Below, piece after piece: positions 50,683 through 63,777 of a stretch of DNA of 64,000 nucleotides. The notes under the pieces are model-generated. The model was given only the letters and a program-made list of their open reading frames with translations. It had not been told where the DNA came from and ran no database searches. Source of the stretch: Octopus bimaculoides (taxonomy: Eukaryota); NCBI RefSeq assembly GCF_001194135.2, contig NC_068994.1, positions 42,632,615 through 42,696,614 on the forward strand. Reading direction: 5' to 3'. Each line of letters opens with the position of its first letter. Within the stretch, counting starts at the first letter, position 1. A program made the translations under genes and the position numbers.

Positions 50683-51170
50683 TTCAGACTAATCTTAATT
50701 ATGACTTGTATATGACTACTCATTGCTATGGTTGTTCTTCATTACAATTAGCTTGCCTTTTCTACAATAAGTTGCTTTACCTCAATATTAATGAACTGCA
50801 TTTTCATAAGACTGATCTTTGTAATGATTGGTCATGACTATGATTGACCTGAGTTCTCTATAAGTTGCTCTATATTAATATTGATTAACTGTATTTCTAT
50901 AAGGGCTGACCTTTACTATGGCTGATCATCACTATGTCCTCACTATGACTGGCTTGTCTTTTCCATAATTTGTTCCATATTAATATGAATTACATCTGAC
51001 ATAAGACAGCTCTTTGCTATGACTGTTCTTCACAATCTGGCTTGTCTTTTCTATAATAAATCATTCTGTATTAATATAAATTAATAATATCTTTCATAAG
51101 ACTGGTCTTTGCTATGATAGTTCTTCATTATGACAGACTGGCTTCCTTGCTTTATTTCTATAAAGTTTGC
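50683..51170. repeat. Diverged tandem repeat, about 5 units of 93-123 bp
   Basis: Anchor taag[ag]ctg.tcttt.ctatg at 50807, 50900, 51002 and 51097, with a weaker copy at 50683. Each is followed by ggcttg.cttt.ctataa...attaatat-like sequence. Confidence 0.8.
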
Positions 51171-51367
51171 AAATCATATTCAATTACAGTATATGATAGC
51201 ATGTACCAACAGAAAGACATTTTCAGTTGTTTTTTTCTTAATACTTATAGTTTGGAAATTTGCTTGCTATTTCCCTCTTTTGTGCATATATACAAATACA
51301 TACATTATATATATGTATGTGTATAGATATATCTATATATATCTATATCTATCTATCTATCTATCTA

Positions 51368-51406
<39 letters not shown>

Positions 51407-52704
51407 CACTCTGCATGTGTGTTTATATAACATCAGTAATAACAACAGCAATAATAATAATGCTGATAATGTTGATGGTGACAATGCTGCTACTGCTGCT
51501 GCTGATGATGATGATAATCGCTCACAGTATGTTTGTCCTATGTTATTCATTGTCAATTTCCAAAATTTGTTTCTATAGTAACTTCCATATAGTTGTGGTC
51601 TGTTTAACAGCACATGTTTCTTTATTAACTCATATACTGGCCTATCTTCTGCTTTGTGTCATTGCAACAACTGATATTATATCTTGCTGCTTCCCGGGCA
51701 GGATATAGCCTTTGACCTTCCATTGATTATTAGCGCTGCTACGGATATGTTCCATTATGTAGAACAGATTGACAGCTGCTTCTGTCAATAGTGACAGTGA
51801 AGTAATCCTCACAAGACTCTCTGATAACTACATTTTCAATAATGAAAGAAGACCCTTGACTTTGCTTCTAACCATCAGATTTGGCACAACAATATCCCTA
51901 TTTGTTCTGTACTCCAACTTCCATTATTTCTTCATCTAAACAGCCAATGTCACTATCTGAAGCAACCTCTCTTGGCAGTTCTACATTCTCACTACAGTAA
52001 ATCTGCCTACAGGAAAATTGGTTTCCATTCCAAAATTTCTACATCCTCGCTCACTTACTCACTTTTCTGTTTGCTCTCATCTTTTGATCTTTCTTTTTTC
52101 TTTTCTTTCTTTCTCTCTCTCTCACTCACATTACATAATGTTTTCTCTCTCCATCTTTCTCTCCTCTTCCTCTCTCTCCTCTTCTCACTCTCTCTCTCTC
52201 TCTCCCCTTCTTGTTCTGTTACATTCAAATTCATTTTCACTTTTACCTGTCATAATCTATGAAAAGTCTTTATCAGCCTACAAAACCTCAATACTCAAAA
52301 GCTATGAGTACATTTGTGTTCATTTCGCAAATGTTTACCAGACAAAAAAAAAAAAAAAGGAAAAAGAAAGGAAAATGATAGTCTACAAATTCAAAAACTA
52401 TATTCTGTTATTGATACAAGATGACTAAAAGCAACCTTGTTTATTGGTATAGGCTTATTGTGGTCATCATCTGATGTTATTTACATTGAATATTATTTGC
52501 AATAATTTTTCATGAGGAAAAACTATTAAACAGATGGAAATTTCTAACACAAAAACCAACAAAAGAATTATCAATTTTCCTTGTTATCTATGACAGATAA
52601 ATTTGATATTTCAGTTTTTTTTTTGTTTTTTTTTTTTGTTAATAGCATACACTAAATACAAAGTTTTAAAGTTTAAAAAAAAACCCACACTTTTGGTGAA
52701 GAAC

Positions 52705-52800
52705 TGTCTATCCATTTATCTCTCTATCTGTCTGTCTGTCTGTCAATCTATCTATCTATCTATCTACCTATTAATCTATCTGTTTATCTACCTATCCCTC

Positions 52801-52836
<36 letters not shown>

Positions 52837-53045
52837 GTCTACGAATCTATCTATCTATCAATGTACCAATCTATCTATCTGTATATCTATCAATCTCTTT
52901 ATCTGTCTGTCTGTATATCTATCTATCTATGAATCGATCTATCTATCAGTCTGTCTATCTATCTATTTATCCGTCTATCTATCTATCTGCCTATCAATGA
53001 ATTGATCTGTCTGTCTATCTATCTAGCTTGCTATCTATATATCTA
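52705..53045. repeat. (CTAT)n/(CTGT)n microsatellite
   Basis: Direct reading. Confidence 0.95.
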
Positions 53046-53544
53046 TCACTGTGACTAAGTTTGCATAACTTATTTGTACAATTGTAGAAAGAAACAAAAG
53101 AATGTCATAGTATTAATAATTAGTGAAACCAGTTTTTTGGCATAAGATGCCAGCTTTTAAAAAGAACTGTGTGATCATTAAGATCAAGTCTCATCTTATT
53201 GGACAACATTTGTTTTAGTAGCTATTTGCGCAATCAAAATTTTAAATTTGGTATTTTACAAACTAGAGATAGTCCATCCACAGTTTCTTTCTTAATTTCT
53301 AATATACACTACTAATGATCACATTAGTCATACAGAGGTTTCCTGACCTCAATACAACCAATATATAACTCCCGAAAAGACTTCAAACATACCTTCTGGT
53401 TCAAATTGTTTCATTAAGATACAAAAATTCTTAGGCAGTATATTCTGATTGGTCATTAATATATGTTTATCATTAAGGTACTGAGTTGAAATAATCATAG
53501 GCACACTGAGCAAAATGCTTAGCAGCATTCCATACATACTCTTT

Positions 53545-53970
53545 TAATTGTTTCAGTCATTTGACTGTGGCCATACTGGTGCACAGCCTTTAGTCGAGCA
53601 AATTGACCCCAGGACTTATTTTCGTTTTTTGGCTTTATTGTGAATGTTTATTTCTTTCATTTTGATACACATCATTGAAAAATACACACACACATACGTA
53701 TACATACAAATACACAGACATATATATATATCCATATGCATCTCTTTCACATGTATATATATTATATTATATGTATGTATGTATGTATGTATATATATAT
53801 ATATATATAACAGGCTACTTTCAGTTTCTGTCTACCAAATCCACTCACAAGGGTTTAGCTGGCTGGAGGCTATAGTAGAAGACACTCACCCAAGGTGCCA
53901 TGGAGTAGGACTGAACCCAGAACCATATGGTTGGGAAGCAAACTTCTTACCACACAGCCACTCCTGCACC
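53545..53970 (-). mobile_element. SINE family A, interrupted by simple repeats
   Basis: ttgtttcagtcatttgactgtggcc... and ctttcagtttctgtctaccaaatcc...ggactgaaccc...cttaccacacagcc. Confidence 0.85.
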
Positions 53971-53992
53971 TATCTATCTATCTATCCATATG

Positions 53993-54028
<36 letters not shown>

Positions 54029-54419
54029 ATATAGTGTGTGTGTGTGTGTGTAAAACAAGTGTGTGCACAACTTCTGTCCACCCAGGAGATTGAGATAGGG
54101 AAAGTTGTCTGTCCATGTTCGTTAACGAAGTTGAAATGCAAGCTAAAGAAAACTAGTTATTCAATTATATAAATGGAGACACACTTCCAAAAAGGATGAG
54201 CTGTACACAACTGAAGTATTTATGATCATAAGGATTTTTCAGTCAATGTTGACCTGTGGTTAAACAAAATGACATTACAACCAACAATGTTGACAATGAT
54301 ATTGATGATGGTATTGGTGGTGGTGGTGGTGGTGGTGAAGATGATGATGATAATAATGATGACAACAACAATGAGCAATGACAATGATGATGGTGGTGAT
54401 ACTGGCATCCATGAATGAT

Positions 54420-54810
54420 GATCGAGGGGGAGGAGGAGGAGCAGGATGGGAGGAGAGGGATGGGCGGAGAGGGTTTGGAGAATGGGAGGAGAGGGTGGGG
54501 TGAGATGAGAGGGGTAGGAGGTAGAGAGGGTGGAGAAGAGAAGGGAGGAAGAGAGGTTGTAGGAGAAGGTGGGGAAGGAGGGGAGAGTGTGGAGGAGAGG
54601 AGAGGGTGGAGGAGAGGAGGAAGAAGGAGGAGGAGGAGGAGGAAGAAGGAGAGGAAGAAGAAGAAGTGAAGGAAAAAGAGGAGGAAGATGAGGAGAAAGA
54701 AGAAGAGGATGAAGAAGAGAAGGAAGAAGAAGAAGAGGAGGAAGAAGAAGAGGAGAAAGAAGACGAGGATGAAGATGAGGAGGAAGAAGGGGAGGAAGAG
54801 GAGGTGGATA
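54420..54810. repeat. Polypurine (GGA/GAA)n tract
   Basis: Direct reading; source of the poly-Glu ORF 54606-54860. Confidence 0.95.
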
Positions 54811-57090
54811 TTGATATTGTTGATAACTATGATTACAACTCAAGTAAAACACCTATGTGAATTTATTATTCCCTGCATTCACAAAACTCTTCTTCACTTC
54901 ACCTTCAAAAAGACAAAAAAGCAAAACACACACACACACAAACAAACAAAAAAGAATGAAACACTGTTGCACTATCCATTAGCTCTTAATACATTTCTTT
55001 TCATCTTTGTGAAGGCCAATGTTTGAAACTGAGATACAGTTGTGATTCATGTCCTTCAAACAGACTGCTCGGTGTGGTCACTGGAATATGATATGGCGAT
55101 CTTTATCCCATTTGCTAGTTCTTTCTTCAATATATTATTGATCACCCAGTATTTCTGTATTTCAACAACAATGCTTAAACCCCAAGCACTTTGTTGCATC
55201 TCACCCATTGAATAAGGTGATGCCAAATATTTCCCATAAATCATTTTCACCAAATTCCTTTAACCAGAACATCATGACATATAACTGTGAAAGCATTCTA
55301 ACCATTATTTCAAGATCTTCTCACGATTCTATTACCATTTTCCCTGCTGCTGCTGATGATGATGCTGGTGTTGCAGCTGCTGTCTGTTATCATTTCTAAT
55401 GGGTGTCTTTGCAACATCTAATCTTATAACAGCTGTACAAAGATTACTGTCTTTCTCTCAGGTAATGGGACTTACTAAACAGATTATGAATCCACTGATA
55501 TACTCAAATATAGCTTCTCTTAGATTTGTATAAGCTGAATATTTTATTGACACTTATATGGTAATATCCCAACTTGTATGGCTAAATCATATTTTTATTA
55601 AGCATCACAAATGTTTTTTACAAACTATTCCTACAAAAAAAAAAAAAATGTAACCATATTTTTTTAAATCTTTTCTTTTTTATTTTTAGTCATTATTTGA
55701 AATATAAATAATCAATTGATTGAGTCATACANNNNNNNNNNNNNNNNNNNNNNNNNNNNNNNNNNNNNNNNNNNNNNNNNNNNNNNNNNNNNNNNNNNNN
55801 NNNNNNNNNNNNNNNNNNNNNNNNNNNNNNNNNNNNNNNNNNNNNNNNNNNNNNNNNNNNNNNNNNNNNNNNNNNNNNNNNNNNNNNNNNNNNNNNNNNN
55901 NNNNNNNNNNNNNNNNNNNNNNNNNNNNNNNNNNNNNNNNNNNNNNNNNNNNNNNNNNNNNNNNNNNNNNNNNNNNNNNNNNNNNNNNNNNNNNNNNNNN
56001 NNNNNNNNNNNNNNNNNNNNNNNNNNNNNNNNNNNNNNNNNNNNNNNNNNNNNNNNNNNNNNNNNNNNNNNNNNNNNNNNNNNNNNNNNNNNNNNNNNNN
56101 NNNNNNNNNNNNNNNNNNNNNNNNNNNNNNNNNNNNNNNNNNNNNNNNNNNNNNNNNNNNNNNNNNNNNNNNNNNNNNNNNNNNNNNNNNNNNNNNNNNN
56201 NNNNNNNNNNNNNNNNATATATATATATATATATATAATAACAGCTTTTAGTATAAAAATATGATTTGGAATGTTGGGGATTTTTATGAATTTACTTTCC
56301 TTTTTTTGTCATTCATGTACCCATTTCTTTTGTATTTGACATGTTGGCAAATGTGGTCATTTGCTTGTATCTTTTATACTGAAATACTCTATGGAAAGTC
56401 AACCTTTGTATTTATATTGTGAAGTATTTTCTGAGAAATATGTTATATTGCTAATCTATAAATTACTTTGGATAGAGCAGTCCACTGGAAAAATTACACG
56501 ATAAATGTCCGCATTTGCTTGGATCTTTTATGCTCGAATACTCTATCTAAAGTTAACCTTTGTACATTTTATTATGGAGTATTTTCTGAAAAAATATATT
56601 ATATCTCCAAGCATAAAGATACAATATACAGTACATAAAAAAAAAAATGGATTCAAGGCAATACGTGTAACTCCTTAATTATCACATCTTTACAATCTAT
56701 AATATTGATGGTTTCTTTACTAGCTATAAGGGCATTTGAAAATGGAGGTATTGAATGGATAAGAGCAAAGCAGAGAAAGGGGATGGATTGGACAATTTTA
56801 ACATGATATTATTTAAATTATTGATTAAAAAGACAATATTATAAAATAATGAATGAGTAACTGAAAAAATGCCATAAAGAAAGCAGCCACACAGGCTACA
56901 TCAAGGCTTTCTGTAAACCACAGACATCACTCTCCGCTAAAGATTAATGTTTTCTGCCTATCTAAAGTTTATGATTAAAAATATAATCATCAACAACAAA
57001 AAAAAAAAAAAAGTGGTATCGCACTAGAATGTTTTTAATCATAGGACTGCTTGCTCTGGATTAAACCTGGAGCCTATGTTAAACATAAGC

Positions 57091-57091
<1 letters not shown>

Positions 57092-57133
<42 letters not shown>

Positions 57134-57149
57134 TAGTAATAATAATAAA

Positions 57150-57182
<33 letters not shown>

Positions 57183-57200
57183 AATAATAGTAAGAAGAAC

Positions 57201-57250
<50 letters not shown>

Positions 57251-57330
57251 GAGTTACGTCAATCCTTTGTTTAAAAATAATAATAATAATAATGATGACG
57301 ACGATGATGATGATGATGATGATGATGATT
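57092..57330. repeat. (AAT)n/(GAT)n microsatellite (expanded tail of the adjacent family B SINE)
   Basis: Direct reading. Confidence 0.9.
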
Positions 57331-57538
57331 TCAAATTTTGGCACAAGGCCAGCAGTTTCGAGGGAGGGAGCTAGTTGATCACATCGACCCAAGTACTTGA
57401 CTGGTACTTATTTTATCAACCCCAAAAAGATGAAGAGTAAAGTCGACCTCAGTGGAATTTGAACTCAGAACATGCAAACTAATGAAATGCTGCTTAGCAT
57501 TTTGTCTGGCATGCTAAAGATTCTGTCAGCTTGGTGCT
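57328..57538 (-). mobile_element. SINE family B, full length
   Basis: tttcaaattttggcacaaggccagc...gtcgacctcagtggaatttgaactcagaac...gattctgtcagct. Confidence 0.9.
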
Positions 57539-57565
57539 TTAATCATCATCATCATCATCATCATG

Positions 57566-57610
<45 letters not shown>

Positions 57611-57613
<3 letters not shown>

Positions 57614-58532
57614 TTCAGGCTTCCAGACTATCTATGACTGGATGACACAAAGGGAACTAAAAAAAAACTACATGCTGCAATTAAAGAGGCACAGAAGTAT
57701 AAAAGAGAACTTAGATGCAAATGATAATGCCATAGCTGCAATACCAACAGAAGCAGCAAAATAACAAACAAAAGGCTAAAAAAAGAAAACTTGAAAATTC
57801 TTATAAACTAATGGCAAGAGAAACCACTCCATTGGTCAGTATCCCAAATGAACAAGGGAAGCAGATATAAATAAAGAACACATCAGTGGTTGTGTAGTTT
57901 AGGTCTAAAAGTAGAAACTGAAGGCTTTAAAATGGCATCTCAGTAGCAATCTCTACTCACAGCAAACTATCAAGCAAATGTTGTCCACAATGGTGCTGAC
58001 CCAAACTGCAGACTATGTGATAATGGTATTGAAATCATTGACCACATTGTGGCTGCTCTAAAGTCGCAATAACCAAGTACAAAACCGGACATGACAGAAT
58101 AAGGCAGTACCTACATTAGAATATCTGTTGGTTGCCATTATGACATTTCTTTTCCAAAAACTGGTATGAACACCACCTGAAACCAGTCGCAGAGGACTGT
58201 TCTCTGGGACTTTACCTTCAGTACTTACAGACAGATAAATGCCAAAAGACCGGATGTTATTATGAAAGATCATCAACAAAATGTCTGCTAGCTATTGACT
58301 GATCAAAATATCTCAATGTAAGAATTCAAACAGTTAGTTAAATACCAGGACATAGAGATAGAAATCAACAGAATGTGGAAACTGAAAACAGTTACTCTAA
58401 TGGTGGTGGTGGTTTCGGCAGTGGTGGTGGTGGCAGCAGCAGCAGTAGTAGTAGTTGTAGTAATAGTTATAGTAACGGTAGTAGTAATAGTAGTAGTAGC
58501 AGCAGCAGTAGCAGTAGTGGTGGTGGTGGTGG

Positions 58533-58567
<35 letters not shown>

Positions 58568-58573
58568 GTGGTT

Positions 58574-58616
<43 letters not shown>

Positions 58617-58835
58617 CAGTAGCAACAGTAGGCATGGTTAAACATGGATCTTCAGTTTTCATTGGTTATACACCAGGAAAATTAAATATACATGATGTCC
58701 GAAAGATTGCTCTAACTTCAACAGCTGAACTCTTGAGAAAATTCCTATCATTATAACACAGTTATTAGCCTTTAGATCTTAAGGAGAGACCCTACAAGTA
58801 AATGGAATGCCCTGAGATCAAGCTAAAACAAAAAA
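57611..58835 (+). mobile_element. 5'-truncated, decayed R4/Dong-clade non-LTR retrotransposon (zinc knuckle plus restriction-like endonuclease)
   Basis: Colinear remnants: WQEKPLH/GQYP; HQWL..GLKVETEGFKMASQ*QSLLTANYQ; CRLCDNGIEIIDHIV; HDRI...LH*NIC; WYEH; LWDF...RPDVIMKD; KYQDIEIEINRMWKLKT; VRKIALTSTAELLRKFL*. Preceded by (TAA)n at 57566-57610 and followed by a TAA-like run at about 58837. Confidence 0.9.
58399..58630. repeat. Compound (GGT)/(AGT)/(GCT)n microsatellite inside the R4 ORF
   Basis: Interrupts the endonuclease between MWKLKTVT and PGKLNIHDVRKIAL. Confidence 0.95.
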
Positions 58836-59824
58836 TATAATAATCATAATAATAACGATGCTGATGGTGGGAGCTGCATTGGTGACTATGATGAAGATGA
58901 CAACAACAGCAAGAACAATAATAATAATGCTGTTAACAAACTAAGAAATATGAAAGGATTTGTTCTATGGGCAAACTTATAACCAAAATACAGTGTGAAA
59001 AATACAACAAATCAGATAAACCACATGAAACAATGAGCTACAAACAAACTAAAATAGCACAACATAACCTAGCTTCCCCACAAAATACATAAGACCCCAA
59101 ACAAAATATAAAGGAACACAACAGAATCAATCATATCAAGTGAATATAATAAATGCAAACCCAAACCAAAGTGAAATTATTACAGAGCTGTCCACGAAAG
59201 AAATAAACAGCATGGTAAAGCAAATGTAAAAAAAACCCATCTATTGAGAAACATGAACTGAAACACATATAAGACAAACGCTGTAGGAATACATCACAAA
59301 ATACACAGGTTCGACGAAAACATGTCCTCAGCTTTATATCTAATAAGAAACAGAATATAAAAAAACACACACTATCACCACTAAGATCCACTAAAACTGA
59401 TAGTGAGGTTGACCAGATTGGAGCAATGACAAGATAGAAAAATATAAAGAACATCACAAATTCTATAAACAAGAATCAATGAAAAAGTCTCTCCAAACTG
59501 TGAAGGAATAAACAGCTCAATGAATGAATGAATAAATAAAATAAGTATAATGGAACCCTTCGAGTATTTATATTCATGACAACGGACTGTCTGGAAATTG
59601 ACAGACTGAATAATCTGATCTACTCTGTAGCTATAATGATATTAAGAGAATGTTGGCTCAGGTCTAACAGGAAAAAAGCCCCAGCCAAGCCCTAGACCCC
59701 AAAATGTAAAGGAAAAAATAGCACAAAATAATTGAAAAACAATGGAAAGACTTATTCTAATTCTGTGAACTAGAAGAAAAGGAATGCAACATGAAAAAAC
59801 GGGGGAAAAAAAAAAACAGGATTT

Positions 59825-59972
59825 AGGCATGGCTGTGTGGAAGTTTGCTGCCAAGCACATGGTTCCAAGTTCAGTCCAACTGAATGACACATTAGGCAAA
59901 TGTTTTGTATTATAGCATTAGGCCAACCAAATACTTGTGAGTGTATTCAGGAGACAGAAACTGAAAGAAGCT
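59825..59972 (+). mobile_element. SINE family A 5' half
   Basis: ggcatggctgtgtggaagtttgct...aagttcagtcc...gaaactgaaagaagc. Confidence 0.8.
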
Positions 59973-59987
59973 TCTTATATATATATG

Positions 59988-60032
<45 letters not shown>

Positions 60033-61239
60033 NNNNNNNNNNGTGTGTGTATGGCGATGGTGAGGAAGAGGATCTTTTTACGTGAAATATGAAAAATTCA
60101 AGCATGGTGCATACAATATTAGGAAAAGCATCAACTCTTCTTCCAAGAAAACATAGAATTTCAGTTTTAATACTAAATTATTCTACATCAACATCAAGAA
60201 CAATGGAACATACAGCAACGCTTTCAGAAATGCTGACATACTGGATGCGATATGGAGTAGAAAAGACCAGCACAACTGAAAATGCACAATAGATAGAAAG
60301 TAAATAAAAAGTAAATAAAACTATGATAAAAAGTAAAGAGGAAGAGACAAAATGTATTATAGCAACATTGACATGGCAATCATCATTAGTGAGAAATTTA
60401 CTGCTGGGAAATGCTAGTAACTGGAAAATACTAGGAATAAATATGATCCCAAACTACTGGTTGAAACAGCTTACCAGTATTCAGCATTGAATTAACCATT
60501 AAGCAAATTAAGCATCAAGGGATGTGGGGGGAATACAGAAATGGTAAATGGTTTACAGCACAAAAAAAAATCACTTTAAATTTGCTAAAATAATATTCAA
60601 AGTGGTTTATATGATCAGAAATAAAATTTTGAAGTGTTTATGGTGTCATAATAAGTATCTGATCAAAGATTTTGCAATTAAAAAAATGTAGGAGAAATTT
60701 TTCAAATATAAATAAAGAGGAAGTATACAAAAATAAACATTATTTTCCATTAAGCTATTAGTTTCGTTTTATTTTGAAAAATAAACATTTATTTTATGGT
60801 TTATTATTGCTAATATTTTGAATTACACATACAAGGGAGTATGATAATCTCTTAAGTGCTTAAAGTCTTCTATGGGTCATAAACTGGCCCTGCCAGTAGT
60901 CATGAATGCATAGCAGCTGCATTTAATGAATACAAAATAAACCAGAATCAAAACCTGACTGGTTGCTGGAGTGGAAAACCCCTTTAATCACCGCTAAAAC
61001 ATGAACCCATACCTCATCGAAATTATTGTTGGATGCCTACTGACAACATAAACTGTCTTCATATCAGTTATAAACAGTAATTACACATCTGGAAAACAAT
61101 AATGTTTTCTCAGAAGAACAAGAAGTGAATGTCAACTTTTTCCTTATAAAAATAAATGTGTGTACTCTACTAAAAAAAGTCCCTAGTGATTCTTTCAGTT
61201 TAATGTGTGTGCATGTGCACATGTATGTTTATGTATGTG

Positions 61240-61430
61240 GGCCTTGTCTAGACATCATGTGATGGCTGTAAATAAGTGAGGCCATTTGTTTCCAGTCTTC
61301 TGTGAAAAACATGACTATCCATGGGAAAATATTGCATTACTTGGAAACAGGTAAGGGTTGGTGACAGAAAAGTCTATCTCAGCAAGATTTGTTTGACTTA
61401 CACAAGCATAGAAAAGTGGTTGTTAAATGG
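61240..61430 (+). mobile_element. Family E short retroposon, decayed
   Basis: gggaaaatattgcattacttggaaacaggtaagggttggtgacag...caagcatagaaaagtgg. Confidence 0.5.
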
Positions 61431-63324
61431 TGCTGATAACTATACTTATTTATCATAGCTTTAAAACAGTAAACTGTTGAGAGATAAACTCATTACTAGA
61501 ATAAGATGCAAGTTTATTTTGTTGACATTGTCTGTGTGAAGATTCTCCAATTTTAACTTTTTGATTTAATTTTTACTGCAGTGCAAACATTTCTTACAAA
61601 TGTGAGCCATATCTAACTTCCACTGTATTTAGCATTTTGTTATTGCTTAACCCTGTGTCACCTTTGTTCAGCTGACCTATGATCTAATGCATTGAAGTTA
61701 TTGGTCATTCTATCTTTATTGTAAAGCATTGTGTATTTAGGGTTATATCCTCTTCCTGGATACACAATATCTCCTACTTTTTAAAATAGCAGGCTGAGAT
61801 ATGATTTATATGATGAAAATTTGGCTGTTATTTATAGCAGATCAAGCATCTACTTAGCAGAAGTTATTTTTCTTATGCTGATGATAGTGTTCCATTCCAA
61901 GTGAGCTCTAAATTATAACAAAGTTCAGGAACGTTTCTGTAAAATTTATGGAATGGTTATAACAGCTAATTACTTAGAATTAATCAGGAGAGTCCTATTG
62001 GTGGTAGTAACATGACTGTTCAGTTTTTGTGTTTAGAGATACAGTAGGCTCTTGTTATGCATGATGTAAAGCTTATAGATAATGTTAACCAGGCTCTCTG
62101 TTGACTTTAAATTAGCCAACAAAGAACCCTGTCTGCAGCAGCAGTATCCTTTAAGTTCTATTGTACAGGAATACAAGAAAACTCAAAGGATGCAGTTTTA
62201 TTTGAATAGATACAGTTCTGAATGGACAGACCTTTATATAAAGGTCAACCATAATCACCTCATTTTTAATTTCAAGTAGTATATCAATGTATCTATGTAT
62301 TTGTTATCCAATGTTTCCTTTTTTTATTAAAGGTGGTAGAGTATGATTTGAGGGAAATGTGGCTGTTATTTCTAGTAGGTTAAATAAATGACTGCATAGA
62401 AAAAAAAAATGCCCCTTTAGCTTATTTTACTGCTAGATTCTGTTATGTGTCTTTGCTGTAATCACATCACATTTTCATCAGGGATGAGACACAAACCGTT
62501 AACTCATTTGCTGTTGGCCAACAACATATTGATTCTTTCAGCTGTGACACTCACAGATGGCGAAATAGCATTTAAAAACAAAAACAAAAACAAAACCATA
62601 ATAATAATAATAATAATAATGATAATAATAATAATAATAATGGCAGTTGTCTTCTTAATTATAAAAGCCATTTACCAAATAAAATGAAATAAAATATAAT
62701 AAAATAAAATAAAATAAAATAAATGAAACAAGTTGTGATTAAAACGAAAAAAAAAATAAAAATAAGGCTTATGGTGTTATTAGAAATATTGGTTTGTTGA
62801 TTTGATGCAATATCTTTGTATATGTGATGGTGAAGAAGTATTGATCTCTTATACATATAGGTGTCTATGACAGGAAATGTACACAAGATCATGATATCAA
62901 TGCTAACAACTACAACCACTATAACAAGATACTTGATCATATAGTTACTGGGCATTGCAGGAAACTGTGCTGTTTGTTTATATACGACTATGGAGAAGAC
63001 ATTTTTCTGTTGCAAACGTTAGGCTGAAAAGAGGTGGGTGGAAAAGAGGAAACCTTAAAGACACCATTAGACTGAAACTGACAGTCTAAGCAGACATGAA
63101 CGAAATACACACACACACATACATGCATATATGCACATGTGCATATGTGCACACATGCACTTGTGCAGACATGCACATATGAACACATGCACATATACGT
63201 GCATTCATAATCACACAAGCATCATAGAGTAGTTGGGGGGGGGGGAACTCAATAGGATTGGTCAATTTGCTAGAAATAACAACAAACTTTTTTTCACAAA
63301 TAATACAATACTACCTTTCATCTT

Positions 63325-63535
63325 CTGTCTTTTACTTGTTTCAGTCATTAGGCTGTGGCCATGCTGGGGCACCACCTTCAAGAATGATTAGTCGAATAAA
63401 TCGACCCCAGAATTTCTTTCTTTAAAGCCTAATACTTATTCTATTGGTCTCTTTTACCGAACTGCTAATGTTAAAGGGGGACGTAAACACGCCAACACCC
63501 ATTGTCAAGTAGTAATGGAGAACAAACACAGACAC
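63325..63535 (-). mobile_element. SINE family A 3' half
   Basis: ttttacttgtttcagtcattaggctgtggccatgctggggcaccacc...ggacgtaaacacgccaacac. Confidence 0.85.
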
Positions 63536-63700
63536 CAAAACACACACACACACACATATATATACAGTATCTGTCTATCTATCTATCTATCAAGTACGTG
63601 GTTCAGATTCAGTCCTATTGCATGGCACACGTCTTCTACTGTAGCCTCAGTAGCCTTGTGAGTGGATTTGGTAGATGGAAACTGAAAGAACCGAATCATA

Positions 63701-63771
<71 letters not shown>

Positions 63772-63777
63772 AATAAT

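Noticed and set aside
54606-54860. Poly-Glu ORF
   Set aside because: Simple GAA/GAG repeat with no unique flanking coding sequence.
54960-55330. Coding-like minus-strand frames
   Set aside because: Stops every 30-65 codons and no identifiable domain.
59090-59640. A-rich stretch resembling LINE sense strand
   Set aside because: No diagnostic protein motif in any frame.
62169-62243. Possible 75-nt plus-strand exon EYKKTQRMQFYLNRYSSEWTDLYIK
   Set aside because: Good acceptor but a poor donor (GTCAAC); no homology recognised.
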